A stretch of 32,000 nt of DNA from Acidothermus cellulolyticus 11B (GTDB taxonomy: Bacteria > Actinomycetota > Actinomycetes > Acidothermales > Acidothermaceae): assembly GCF_000015025.1 (NCBI RefSeq), contig NC_008578.1, positions 2,100,001 to 2,132,000 on the forward strand, in the 5' to 3' direction. The notes below the pieces were generated by a model. That model did no database searches, was not told where the DNA came from, and saw only the letters and a program-made list of their open reading frames with translations. Positions 23,914-32,000 of the stretch are shown piece after piece. Within the stretch, counting starts at the first letter, position 1. Every line of letters starts with the position of its first letter. The position numbers and the translations under genes are program-made.

Positions 23914-23943
23914 ATGTTCGTCGATGAATGGGAGGGCCGATGA
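23914..23943 (+). CDS. candidate 9-codon upstream ORF (MFVDEWEGR), stop overlapping a fumC ATG as ATGA
   Basis: atg ttc gtc gat gaa tgg gag ggc cga tga. The TGA at 23941-23943 overlaps the ATG at 23940-23942. Purely positional evidence. Confidence 0.25.
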   Translation: MFVDEWEGR

Positions 23944-25358
23944 CCGCCGGTGCGTTGGGTGACGCTTTTCGTGTCGAGCACGATTCGATGGGTGAGGTCC
24001 GCGTTCCGGCCCATGCCAAGTGGCGCGCACAAACACAACGCGCGGTCGAGAATTTCCCGATTTCCGGAATGCGGATCGACCGTGAGCTGATTGCCGCTCT
24101 CGCGGCCATCAAAGGCGCAGCCGCACGCGTCAACGCCGAACTCGGCGTCATCGACCCCGATGTGGCGAGCGCGATTGCGGAGGCGGCCGAGGAAGTGCGC
24201 CACGGTCAGTGGGACGACCATTTCCCCGTCGACGTCTTTCAAACCGGCTCCGGTACGTCAAGCAACATGAATGCCAATGAAGTCATCGCGACTCTGGCCG
24301 CGGAACGGCTTGGTCGCCCGATTCATCCCAACGACCACGTGAACGCCTCGCAGTCATCGAACGACACCTTTCCATCGGCCATTCACATCGCGGCGTGCCG
24401 GGCCGTCACCGGCACCCTCCTTCCCGCGTTGGAGCATCTCGCCGCCGCACTCGAACGCAAAGCAACGGAGTTCGCCGACGTCGTGAAGGCCGGACGCACC
24501 CACCTGATGGACGCCACACCGGTCACGCTCGGACAGGAATTCAGCGGATATTCGGCCGCCGTCCGTTACGGGATGGAACGGCTGCGGAGCGTGCTGCCGC
24601 GACTTGGCGAGCTGCCGCTCGGCGGTACGGCGGTGGGAACGGGAATCAATACTCCTCCCGGATTCGCCGCACGGGTCATCGAACGGCTCGCGTCCCAGCT
24701 CCAGTTGCCGCTCACCGAAGCACGCAATCATTTTGAAGCCCAGGGCGCCCGCGATGCGCTGGTGGAAACGAGCGGCATGCTGCGGGTTGTCGCGGTCAGC
24801 CTGTACAAAATCGCCAATGACTTACGGCTGATGGCCTCCGGTCCGCGCACCGGACTCGCCGAGATCCACCTGCCGGACCTGCAGCCAGGTTCATCCATCA
24901 TGCCCGGGAAGGTGAATCCCGTCATCCCGGAAGCGGTCTGCCAGGTCGCGGCTCAAGTCATCGGCAACGACGCGACGGTGGCGTTCGGCGGCGCCGCTGG
25001 CACCCTGGAACTGAACGTGATGCTTCCGGTTATTGCCCGCAATCTGCTGGAATCGATCCGGCTGCTCTCCAACGTCGCTCGTCTCTTTGCGGATCGGTGC
25101 GTCGCTGGTATCACCGCGGACGTCGAACGCTGCCGCCGATACGCCGAATCGTCGCCTGCCATCGTTACCCCGCTGAATCGGTACATCGGATACGAGGCGG
25201 CGGCGAAGGTGGCGAAATATGCGCTGGAGCACGACACGACGATCCGGCAGGCGGTCATTGACTGCGGATTCGTTGCCAACGGGCAGATCAGTGAAGCCCA
25301 GTTGGACCGGGTGTTGGACGTTCTCGCCATGACCGGCCGCCCGGTGACGGCGGATTGA
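23928..25358 (+). CDS. fumC: class II fumarate hydratase
   Basis: [34 protein letters not shown] plus the [15 protein letters not shown] signature. The start is either ATG 23928 or ATG 23940. The latter gives an N-terminus similar in length to mycobacterial Fum and has GGGAGGG just upstream. Confidence 0.95.
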   Translation: MGGPMTAGALGDAFRVEHDSMGEVRVPAHAKWRAQTQRAVENFPISGMRIDRELIAALAAIKGAAARVNAELGVIDPDVASAIAEAAEEVRHGQWDDHFPVDVFQTGSGTSSNMNANEVIATLAAERLGRPIHPNDHVNASQSSNDTFPSAIHIAACRAVTGTLLPALEHLAAALERKATEFADVVKAGRTHLMDATPVTLGQEFSGYSAAVRYGMERLRSVLPRLGELPLGGTAVGTGINTPPGFAARVIERLASQLQLPLTEARNHFEAQGARDALVETSGMLRVVAVSLYKIANDLRLMASGPRTGLAEIHLPDLQPGSSIMPGKVNPVIPEAVCQVAAQVIGNDATVAFGGAAGTLELNVMLPVIARNLLESIRLLSNVARLFADRCVAGITADVERCRRYAESSPAIVTPLNRYIGYEAAAKVAKYALEHDTTIRQAVIDCGFVANGQISEAQLDRVLDVLAMTGRPVTAD

Positions 25359-25392
25359 GCGGCGCCCGCCCGCCGACGCCCGCCACCGCACG

Positions 25393-25983
25393 CTAGTACG
25401 AACCGGCCCGCAGCCAGTACCGCCAGGCGGTGCAGGGCTCACCGTAGCGGCTCGCAATATAGTCCAGTCCCCAGGTGATCTGAGTGACCGGATCGGTACG
25501 CCAGTCCGGTCCGGCGCTTGCCATTTTCTCGGCGGGAAGCGCCTGCGGAATGCCGTACGCGCCGGACGCCGGATTCGTCGCGGTCGTCTCATAATTGCTT
25601 TCCCGACGCCACAGCTCATCCAGGCATGTCCATTCCCAGCCGGTCCAACCGCGCTGCGCAGCCAGGTACTGCGCAATATCCCGCGGATTTTCCGGTAAAA
25701 CCGCTGGACTCGCCGTGGCGGAGGGCGATGCGGGACGGGTCTCGGAACGGCTTGGCGGCTGGAGGACACTCCGTGCCACGAAAGGCGTCGAGGTTCCAAT
25801 GAACGGCGTCGGTTGAGGAGCGACCGTCGTTCCGGTGGTGGTCGCCGCCTGGGATGCTCCGGCCGAGGCAACGGTGCCCGCACTGGCCGGAATCTTCACG
25901 GCCGCGGCCAGCACGGCAAGCGACGCCATCGTTCCCGCGAAGCCGCAGACGGCCGCGGGTGGCCGCGTGGAAATTCGAAACAT
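25393..25983 (-). CDS. secreted lytic-transglycosylase-like cell-wall protein
   Basis: Signal-peptide-like N-terminus (MFRISTRPPAAVCGFAGTMASLAVLAAAVKIPASA), a Thr/Pro/Ala linker, and a C-terminal domain WEWTCLDELWRRESNYETTATNPASGAYGIPQALPAEKMASAGPDWRTDPVTQITWGLDYIASRYGEPCTAW, as found in actinobacterial transglycosylase-like proteins. GGGAAGGG lies 9 nt upstream of the ATG. Confidence 0.75.
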   Translation of the reverse strand: MFRISTRPPAAVCGFAGTMASLAVLAAAVKIPASAGTVASAGASQAATTTGTTVAPQPTPFIGTSTPFVARSVLQPPSRSETRPASPSATASPAVLPENPRDIAQYLAAQRGWTGWEWTCLDELWRRESNYETTATNPASGAYGIPQALPAEKMASAGPDWRTDPVTQITWGLDYIASRYGEPCTAWRYWLRAGSY

Positions 25984-26142
25984 GCGGTCATACCCTTCCC
26001 GTCAGCGGAACATCGTGTTCCTTGACGCGTACGAGGCTTCTCGACGCACGCAAGCGAATGCGCCCAAATAGCGCACGCATGTTTTTCCCCGTCGCCTGGT
26101 GGTTTACACCGGCTTTTTTCACCATGCCGTAAAACTCACCAA

Positions 26143-26178
26143 GGAACAAACGACAACGACGTGAGAGATCTCACATCG
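26143..26178 (-). terminator. stem-loop plus U-rich tail on the minus strand, ~200 nt downstream of the prenyltransferase gene
   Basis: The minus-strand RNA cgaugugag-aucu-cucacgucg forms 9 bp including one G-U, followed by uugucguuuguucc. It could terminate uppS or act as an attenuator in the leader of the transglycosylase gene. Confidence 0.35.
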
Positions 26179-26380
26179 GATGGAAACTTTGTGACAGTTG
26201 TGACAGGAGCTTCAATTGTGCATCGCCTGCCTGCAGAGCGTATCGGCGGCGTTACCGTGCGTCGGTTGGAGCGATTCCGGCGATACCGGGCGCCCGCCCG
26301 TGCGGCGTCTTTTGACTCAGTCGTGGTCTGTGGCCACTATCCGACCCGCCGGTGCAGCGGAGCGTTGGCGGCCCGCCCGG

Positions 26381-27223
26381 TTATGCACCAAAACGGCGCT
26401 CACGTTGCGCGTAGGCACGAACCGCGCGCAGAAAATCGACCCGCCGAAAATCCGGCCAGAGCGCCTCACAGAAGAACAACTCAGAATGTGCGCTCTGCCA
26501 CAGGAGAAAACCAGAGAGCCGCTGCTCTCCCGATGTGCGGATGACCAAGTCGGGATCCGGTTGTCCCTTGGTGTAGAGGTGTCGCGCAATGTGTTCGACG
26601 TCCAACACGTTCGCCAAATCCTCAATGCTGGTACCGCGAATCGCATGCTCGTGCAAGAGCGCCCGCACCGCATCCGCAATTTCCCGGCGTCCGCCGTAGC
26701 CGACCGCCACGTTCACCAGCAGACCATCGACGTCCTGCGTGGCGTGCTCCGCCTCCTTGAGGGTGCGTGCGGTCTGGTCGGGCAGCAGATCGAGAGCGCC
26801 TACCGGGTGGAGTCGCCATCGGCGCGACGCGGCCAACTCGGCAACCGTCTCCTCGATGATGCGGAGCAACGGCACCAACTCGTCGGCCGGACGAGCAAGA
26901 TTGTCCGTTGACAGCAGCCAGAGCGTGACCACCTCGATGCGAAGGTCGGCGCACCAGCCGAGGAATTCCTCAATCTTTTCGGCACCGCGACGATGGCCGC
27001 CGGACGCGCCGAGACCCATCGCACGACCCCACCGGCGGTTGCCGTCGAGGATGACGCCGACGTGTCGCGGAATCCGGTCCGGTGGCAGCGTCGCGGCGAG
27101 GCGCCGCTCGTAGAGCCCGTAGAGCAGCCGCCTGAGTCCCACGTTGCCGACCTCCAATTCCCTTGGCAGGCTACCGCCGGAGAGTGAGAGCACGCGCGGG
27201 CAGCGCCTCTCCATGCCCATCAC
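26381..27223 (-). CDS. uppS: isoprenyl transferase (cis-prenyl diphosphate synthase, UppS family)
   Basis: PRHVGVILDGNRRWGRAMGL...DLVIRTSGEQRLSGFLLWQSAHSELFFCEALWPDF...RERRFG is the UppS signature. Start options are GTG 27223, ATG 27220 and ATG 27214. Chain-length specificity cannot be called from the sequence. Confidence 0.9.
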   Translation of the reverse strand: MMGMERRCPRVLSLSGGSLPRELEVGNVGLRRLLYGLYERRLAATLPPDRIPRHVGVILDGNRRWGRAMGLGASGGHRRGAEKIEEFLGWCADLRIEVVTLWLLSTDNLARPADELVPLLRIIEETVAELAASRRWRLHPVGALDLLPDQTARTLKEAEHATQDVDGLLVNVAVGYGGRREIADAVRALLHEHAIRGTSIEDLANVLDVEHIARHLYTKGQPDPDLVIRTSGEQRLSGFLLWQSAHSELFFCEALWPDFRRVDFLRAVRAYAQRERRFGA

Positions 27224-27447
27224 GCCTACCTGGCGACAGGCGGACGCTCACGTGGGGCACCTCCCCGGATGACGTCCCGGCGACCGGATGTCCAACCCCG
27301 CGGCCCGCCAGGGCGCGACACGTCGCGTGCGACCCGGCTGGCTGCGACAGGTAGGATGCGACCCCGCGCGCAACACACCGGCGATTACGCCATCAGCGAA
27401 AATCGCGCGCGGACGGCGCCCGGAAGACACCGGGGGACACGTGATCC

Positions 27448-29601
27448 TCACGAACAGATTGGACCCAGCCAACGCAGGACGAGAACAGCGACGTCGTCGG
27501 CTCGTTCCGGGCCCAGCAACGCGCTGATCACGTGATCAGCGATCGCACTCGCCGGCTCGGTCCAATGCTCGGTGACCACCACGGCGAGGCGGGCCATGCC
27601 GTCGTCAATGTCGCGATGCCGGTCCTCGACGAGGCCGTCGGTGTAGAAGACAGCAACCGCGCCTGGGCTGAGGGTGCCCTGCCAGAGCGACGCTCCGCCG
27701 CCTGGGGCGCCAAAGGGCGTACTCGGCTCGATCGGAACGAACCATGGCCGACCGTCCTCGACGATGAGCGGCGGCGGATGGCCCGCCGAGGCAACCCGCA
27801 ACAATCCGCTCCATGGGCGTAGTCGGGCAAAAACCGCGCTCGCCATCCGCGCCAGACCCAGCTGATCCCAATGGGCGTGCAGCCGGGCGACGAGCTCGTC
27901 CGGCCCACGCGTCTCGGCGCGGATGGCCCGGCATGCCGCACGCAATTGGGCCATCATCGCCGCGGCCTGCATGTCGTGCCCGGCCACGTCGCCGACCATG
28001 ATGGCGACCTCGCCGTCCGGCATGGTGGTGACATCCCAGAAATCGCCACCGACTTCGGCGTCACGGGTGCCGGGCTGGAAACAGACCGCATAATCAACAC
28101 CCGGGAAAACCGGAAGATCGCTCGGGAGCAGGCTCGCCTGCAGGTTGTGGGAGAGACGGCGCTCGGCGTCATAGCGGCGCTCCTTGGCCACGACGAGCGC
28201 CGCCCGTCGAGCCAATTCTTCGGCCAGCTTCACGTCCTCGTCGGTGAAACGCCGGTGCGAATTGGTGCTCACCAGCGTGATGCTCCCGAGCACCTGACCG
28301 TCCGCAATCATGGGCACCGTGATAAAGCTGGTGTATCCCAACGCACGGACCAATTGGTAGTGCTCCTCATTGCGTGTCGTCGCCCGCAGGAAGTCGTCGC
28401 TCATCTCCGCGGCCCAGCGAGACACGCCGTCACGCAGCACCTGGGCGGCCGGATTGTCGCCGTCCAGCCGCGGCGGGAAACGCCGTCGCAGGTCATCCAC
28501 CAGGGGCTGGGCGGTAGGGTCCGCGTGGACCGCCGCGACCCGCTCGATGCGCCGGCCGTCATCCACCAGGACGTCGACGATGCAGATGTCACCGAGGGCC
28601 GGCACGGCGGCCGCGGCCAGCGCGTGCAGCGACTCGGAGAATCCGCTGACGCGCGCCAAGACTGTCGACGCGTCGAGCAAGAACTGCTGAGCACGCTGTA
28701 CGGCGGCAAGCTCGCGGAGCAACCGGTCGCGGTGTGCCTCGGCCGCGCGTCGTTCGGTCGCATCGTGCACGTACCAGACCCGCCCGAGGAGCGTCCCACT
28801 CTCGTCGGTGATGGGCGCCCCGTACGTTTCGACAATCCGCCCATCGGCAAGGGTGAGTTCCAGGCTCTGCGCTTCGGTCGGATTGCGGCGTGCGTACTCA
28901 AAAGCGTCCAGCAGACGCTGTGGTTCACGGAGTAACGAGCCGTACCTCTGCAGCAGCTCGACGACGTCGCCGCCGACAGGAATCGCCTCGCTTGGCAGCC
29001 GGCACATCTCAGTGAATCGCCGATTCACCGCCAGGATCGTGAGATCCGGCGACCACGCGATAACGCCATCCGGCGCGGCCTCGACGACGGCCTGCAAATA
29101 GCGTGAGAGCAGCGCCGCACGCTCGAGCCGAATCCGCTCGGTGACTTCGCGCAGGACGCCGACCACCGAAAAGCCCTCCGGAGTCGGCTTCCCGGCCCGG
29201 CCGAATCGGATTTCAACCGGAATTTCCACACCGTCCCGGCGTCTGGCTGCCACGTCGACCGCCTGGCCCGCCGGCAGCCGGCCTTCGCCGGTTCGGACGT
29301 AACGCTCGAATCCCGCGCAGTGCGCGCGCTGATATCGCTGCGGAACGAAGTCAAGAAGGGGAGCGCCGCTCAGGCTTCCCGGTTCCGCACCGAGGAGTTT
29401 CTCAGCCGCCGAATTCGCCAGCACAATCCGACCGTCGGGAGCGACGACGAGAACAGCATCCACCAGAGAGTCGATGACCAGGTGGGCGTCAACGTCTTCC
29501 GGGGACGCCGGCCGGGCGGCCGTCGTAGCCTCGTCGCCCACTGTGTCGTCATGCGACGATTCCTGGCCGCCTTTATCCGGCGGAGAGTCCGGGTCCGTCA
29601 C
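27448..29601 (-). CDS. PAS-PAS-GAF-PP2C (SpoIIE-type) serine/threonine phosphatase
   Basis: Two PAS-like modules (IDSLVDAVLVVAPDGRIVLANSAAEKLL and VVEAAPDGVIAWSPDLTILAVNRRFTEM). A GAF-like block (GDICIVDVL...GSITLVS). PP2C motifs GGDFWDV, VGDVAGHDMQAAAMMAQLR and FYTDGLVE. The track ORF to 29970 overlaps the upstream gene. GTG at 29601 has GAGG 6 nt upstream. TTG at 29613 and GTG at 29619 are alternative starts. Confidence 0.85.
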   Translation of the reverse strand: MTDPDSPPDKGGQESSHDDTVGDEATTAARPASPEDVDAHLVIDSLVDAVLVVAPDGRIVLANSAAEKLLGAEPGSLSGAPLLDFVPQRYQRAHCAGFERYVRTGEGRLPAGQAVDVAARRRDGVEIPVEIRFGRAGKPTPEGFSVVGVLREVTERIRLERAALLSRYLQAVVEAAPDGVIAWSPDLTILAVNRRFTEMCRLPSEAIPVGGDVVELLQRYGSLLREPQRLLDAFEYARRNPTEAQSLELTLADGRIVETYGAPITDESGTLLGRVWYVHDATERRAAEAHRDRLLRELAAVQRAQQFLLDASTVLARVSGFSESLHALAAAAVPALGDICIVDVLVDDGRRIERVAAVHADPTAQPLVDDLRRRFPPRLDGDNPAAQVLRDGVSRWAAEMSDDFLRATTRNEEHYQLVRALGYTSFITVPMIADGQVLGSITLVSTNSHRRFTDEDVKLAEELARRAALVVAKERRYDAERRLSHNLQASLLPSDLPVFPGVDYAVCFQPGTRDAEVGGDFWDVTTMPDGEVAIMVGDVAGHDMQAAAMMAQLRAACRAIRAETRGPDELVARLHAHWDQLGLARMASAVFARLRPWSGLLRVASAGHPPPLIVEDGRPWFVPIEPSTPFGAPGGGASLWQGTLSPGAVAVFYTDGLVEDRHRDIDDGMARLAVVVTEHWTEPASAIADHVISALLGPERADDVAVLVLRWLGPICS

Positions 29602-29631
29602 ACTGCACCTCAATGTCACCTCTTCGAGAGA

Positions 29632-29661
29632 ACCGTATATCTGCGAAGCATGCCCGGCCAA
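29632..29661 (-). promoter_or_regulatory. sigma-70-type promoter candidate for the PP2C gene (-35 TTGGCC, 18-nt spacer, -10 TACGGT)
   Basis: The minus strand reads TTGGCC gggcatgcttcgcagata TACGGT, about 25-30 nt upstream of the proposed start. Confidence 0.35.
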
Positions 29662-29726
29662 CCTACCGACCAGGTGGAATCCGCTCGCGTCCCGCAAGGG
29701 TCCGCAACATGATCCGCGCGTCGCTG

Positions 29727-31703
29727 CTAACTCTCTAGCAGAGCGCGCAACTCCGCCTCGCTGGCAACGGGCCGTTGACACTCGAAATTGCGACACACGT
29801 AGGCAAGGGACTGTCCCGGCGGGGCGGTGCGCCCTTCGAGGAGCGGCGCCCACGGCGGTCCGTCGGCGGCCCGGGCCGCACGCACCGCACCCGGCCGATC
29901 GACAAGCCACGCCGTCCGCCACAAGGAACCATCCCCGACAACGGCAATCTCCGCCGGCCCGTCCAGCCACGCCGCGATCGTCGCCAGTCCATAACCGACG
30001 GCATGAGGGTACCGGCGGGCGAGCCGGACCGTGGGCCGAAGCGCGCCGGGAACAGCGTCCCGATGCCGCTGGGACCCGGTGAGCGCCGCGTAGGTGAGGA
30101 GCGCATGTGCGGCGGCGGAATTCCCACTCGGTGTGGCGTCATCGGTGAACGTGCGAGGCCGGCGGACCAGCCGCTCGGCGTCGTCCGCTGTGTCGTAAAA
30201 GCCGCCGTCCTCAGCTCGGAAGTGGGTGAGTATCGCCTCCAGCAAGGCGCCGGCGAGCTCGAGATAGCGAGCCTCACTGCGGATTTGCGCCAGCGTCAGC
30301 AGTCCCTGGGCAACATTCGCGTAGTCGTCCAAGGCTCCGTCCACCGGATTTCGTTCGCCGTCTCGGGACGAGCGGCACAACCGTCCGTCGCGCAGGTGGA
30401 CGTCAATGAGGTACTCCGCACTGCGCACCGCTGCATCCACAAGGGCATCGCGATCCAGGAGAAATCCCGCCTCGGCGAGGCTTGCCACCGCCAGCCCGTT
30501 CCACGACGCGATGATTTTGTCGTCCCGCGCCGGTTGGGCGCGACGGGACCGGACGGCGAGAAGGCGCTGCCGGATGCGCCGCCAGCGCTCGAGATCCGGC
30601 GCATCGACGGCCAGTTGCAGCACCGACCGCCCATCCTCGGTATTGCCGTGCTCGGTCACCCCGAACAACTCCGCGGCATAGGCCGCGTCGTCGCTCCCTA
30701 ACGCATCGCGCAGCTCGGCGAGCGTCCAGACATACGTCCCGCCTTCGACCCCGCCGGCGTCCGCGTCGAGAGCAGCGGCGAACCCGCCGGCCGGCGTGCA
30801 CAGGTCGCGCAGCAGGAATTCCGCCACTTCCTCGACGATGCGCCGGGCGAGCTGATGCTGGGTGCGCCGCCACCAATGCAGGTACACGCCGAGAAGCTGG
30901 GCATTGTCATACAGCATTTTCTCGAAATGCGGCACCGTCCACGCGGCGTCGACGCTGTACCGATGAAATCCGCCGGCCAGCTGGTCGTATATTCCGCCGC
31001 GGGCCATGTGTTCACACGTGACGGCGACCATCTCCATCGCGCCGAGCGAGCCATAGCGAAGAAGAAACTCAAGGGTGGTCGCGGACGGGAACTTAGGTGC
31101 ACTGCCGAAACCCCCATGCACCGGATCGTACTGACGCCGTAGTTCACCGACCGCCGCGTCAAGGAGATCCGCATCTATCGCGCCCAGGTCGTCGGTGAGC
31201 CGACTCCCTTGTTGCAGAACCGCCACGACCCGGCGCGCCGCCGCAACGAGATCCGCAGATCTGCTCTGCCACGCCGTCCAGACCGCCTCGAGCACCTGCC
31301 GAAAAGCAGGCATTCCGGCGCGGGGTTCCTTGGGAAAATACGTTCCCGTGAAAAATGGTTCACCGTCCGGCGTCAAGAAGCACGTCAGCGGCCACCCGCC
31401 GCGGCCGGTCATCGCTTGGGTCGCTTCCATGTAGACCGCGTCGATATCGGGACGTTCCTCACGGTCCACTTTGACGCAGACAAAATGCTCGTTCATGAAT
31501 GCCGCGGTTGCGGGATCCTCGAACGACTCATGGGCCATCACGTGGCACCAATGGCATGAGCTGTACCCGATCGACAGCAGAATCGGTACGTTGCGCCGCC
31601 GCGCCTCGGCGAAAGCCTCCTCGCACCACGGCCACCACTCGACCGGATTGTCCTTATGCTGCAGCAGGTATGGCGACGTCGCCGTCGCCAGCCGGTTCGC
31701 CAT
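29727..31703 (-). CDS. thioredoxin-domain protein of the DUF255/YyaL family (thioredoxin fold plus six-hairpin glycosidase-like domain)
   Basis: [83 protein letters not shown] is the family's hallmark N-terminus. AAGGAG lies 8 nt upstream of the ATG. Confidence 0.9.
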   Translation of the reverse strand: MANRLATATSPYLLQHKDNPVEWWPWCEEAFAEARRRNVPILLSIGYSSCHWCHVMAHESFEDPATAAFMNEHFVCVKVDREERPDIDAVYMEATQAMTGRGGWPLTCFLTPDGEPFFTGTYFPKEPRAGMPAFRQVLEAVWTAWQSRSADLVAAARRVVAVLQQGSRLTDDLGAIDADLLDAAVGELRRQYDPVHGGFGSAPKFPSATTLEFLLRYGSLGAMEMVAVTCEHMARGGIYDQLAGGFHRYSVDAAWTVPHFEKMLYDNAQLLGVYLHWWRRTQHQLARRIVEEVAEFLLRDLCTPAGGFAAALDADAGGVEGGTYVWTLAELRDALGSDDAAYAAELFGVTEHGNTEDGRSVLQLAVDAPDLERWRRIRQRLLAVRSRRAQPARDDKIIASWNGLAVASLAEAGFLLDRDALVDAAVRSAEYLIDVHLRDGRLCRSSRDGERNPVDGALDDYANVAQGLLTLAQIRSEARYLELAGALLEAILTHFRAEDGGFYDTADDAERLVRRPRTFTDDATPSGNSAAAHALLTYAALTGSQRHRDAVPGALRPTVRLARRYPHAVGYGLATIAAWLDGPAEIAVVGDGSLWRTAWLVDRPGAVRAARAADGPPWAPLLEGRTAPPGQSLAYVCRNFECQRPVASEAELRALLES

Positions 31704-31748
31704 CAGCCGCGGCTCCTTGCTGGTCTCACGACGGGATCCGTTGTCCCG

Positions 31749-32000
31749 TCAGAACGTGTCTGTTCCGCGCGGCAGTGCACCCTCGTGTTCGAGCAGCCAC
31801 CGTTTGCGGTCAACCCCGGCGGCATAACCGGCGAGCGATCCGTCGGCCCCGATCACGCGGTGACACGGCACGAAGACCGCAAGACGATTCCGCCCGACGG
31901 CTGCGGCGACGGCGCGCGCCTTGCCGCCGTGACCGACCTTCTCCGCCAGGTCCCGATAACTCCACGTGGCCCCGTAAGGAATGCCGAGCAGCTCCCGCCA
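31749..32000 (-). CDS. ogt: methylated-DNA-protein-cysteine methyltransferase, C-terminal 83 codons (5' end outside the window)
   Basis: My own minus-strand translation is WRELLGIPYGATWSYRDLAEKVGHGGKARAVAAAVGRNRLAVFVPCHRVIGADGSLAGYAAGVDRKRWLLEHEG...*. It contains the PCHRV active site. The stop is at 31749-31751, 45 nt upstream of the next gene. Absent from the ORF track. Confidence 0.85.
   Translation of the reverse strand, partial: WRELLGIPYGATWSYRDLAEKVGHGGKARAVAAAVGRNRLAVFVPCHRVIGADGSLAGYAAGVDRKRWLLEHEGALPRGTDTF

Noticed and set aside
10014-26215. Recurring GTGACAG / GGTGACAGA words in spacers: minus strand near 10020, at 19061 and 19160, and twice at 26200-26215. They might be a shared operator motif.
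   Set aside because: Two of the hits are copies from the same duplication. At least one further hit lies inside the MCP coding region (~16399). A 7-mer is expected a few times by chance in 64 kb of two-strand sequence, so the evidence is insufficient without genome-wide statistics.
25984-26260. Possible ydaO-type (cyclic-di-AMP) riboswitch in the leader of the transglycosylase-like gene, as known for some actinobacterial cell-wall hydrolase genes.
   Set aside because: I reverse-complemented the leader and looked for the conserved cores I remember (ACGGGG, GGUGAAUC, CCGAA...CAGCUAACCUCGUA). Only loose fragments are present (gcgacgggga, ggtgaaaaaa) and there is no CAGCU-type 3' core. A cmscan run would be decisive. 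By eye I cannot support the call.
27352-27357. A TAGGAT -10-like hexamer on the plus strand between uppS and the PP2C gene, possibly driving an antisense transcript into the PP2C 3' end.
   Set aside because: No start codon or ORF follows at the right spacing. A single hexamer match is weak evidence, so I mention it only in passing.
93-31827. Many long track ORFs overlapping the called genes in other frames or on the other strand. Examples: 93-1184, 829-1563, 2004-2753, 8110-9090, 10580-11611, 11730-12761, 13668-14384, 13901-15046, 15245-16042, 15795-17378, 16078-17118, 20126-20782, 20810-21703, 24891-25883, 27871-28935 and 29775-30701.
   Set aside because: Their products are Arg/Pro/Ala/Gly/Ser-rich and low in complexity, and I recognise no motif in them. 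Each lies over a gene with strong family signatures. Long stop-free shadow frames are expected in DNA this GC-rich.

Overview
Dense, high-G+C chromosomal segment from an actinobacterium. The marker is mshB, the mycothiol-pathway deacetylase, and the housekeeping neighbours resemble those of Mycobacterium and Streptomyces. I can support 28 protein genes. One of them, a 5'-truncated ogt at the right edge, is missing from the ORF track because its start lies outside the window. I found no rRNA, tRNA, CRISPR array, transposase or integrase. Gene order, left to right: GNAT acetyltransferase, ispH, a polytopic membrane protein, rmuC, ychF, pterin-4a-carbinolamine dehydratase, a MutT/NUDIX hydrolase, a three-gene Sdh1-type succinate dehydrogenase/fumarate reductase operon, a small membrane protein, mshB, an atypical FtsH-like AAA+/M41 protease paralogue, a Che-like signalling module (membrane protein, CheW, six-TM MCP, CheA::receiver hybrid, receiver::GAF regulator), xseA-xseB-glpX, a Cys-less HesB-like protein, fumC, a secreted transglycosylase-like protein, a cis-prenyltransferase, a PAS-PAS-GAF-PP2C phosphatase, a DUF255 thioredoxin-fold protein and ogt. 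Most other long ORFs in the track are Arg/Pro/Ala/Gly-rich shadow ORFs overlapping these genes. Several track ORFs (rmuC, ychF, NUDIX, sdhC-like, cheW, xseA, glpX, PP2C) are over-extended at the 5' end, and I give shorter starts chosen by RBS, -10 hexamer or homologue N-terminus. The main candidates for follow-up are: (1) the Che-like module, which has no CheR/CheB, no motility genes nearby and an output of unknown function; (2) near-perfect direct duplications confined to intergenic spacers, two of which re-copy a gene's 3' end including a stop codon; (3) the divergent FtsH paralogue; (4) TANNNT hexamers placed to give leaderless mRNAs, including a 9-codon uORF coupled by ATGA overlap to fumC; (5) a lower-GC 400-bp spacer upstream of the transglycosylase gene. 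All domain calls come from reading motifs by eye. No database search was run.
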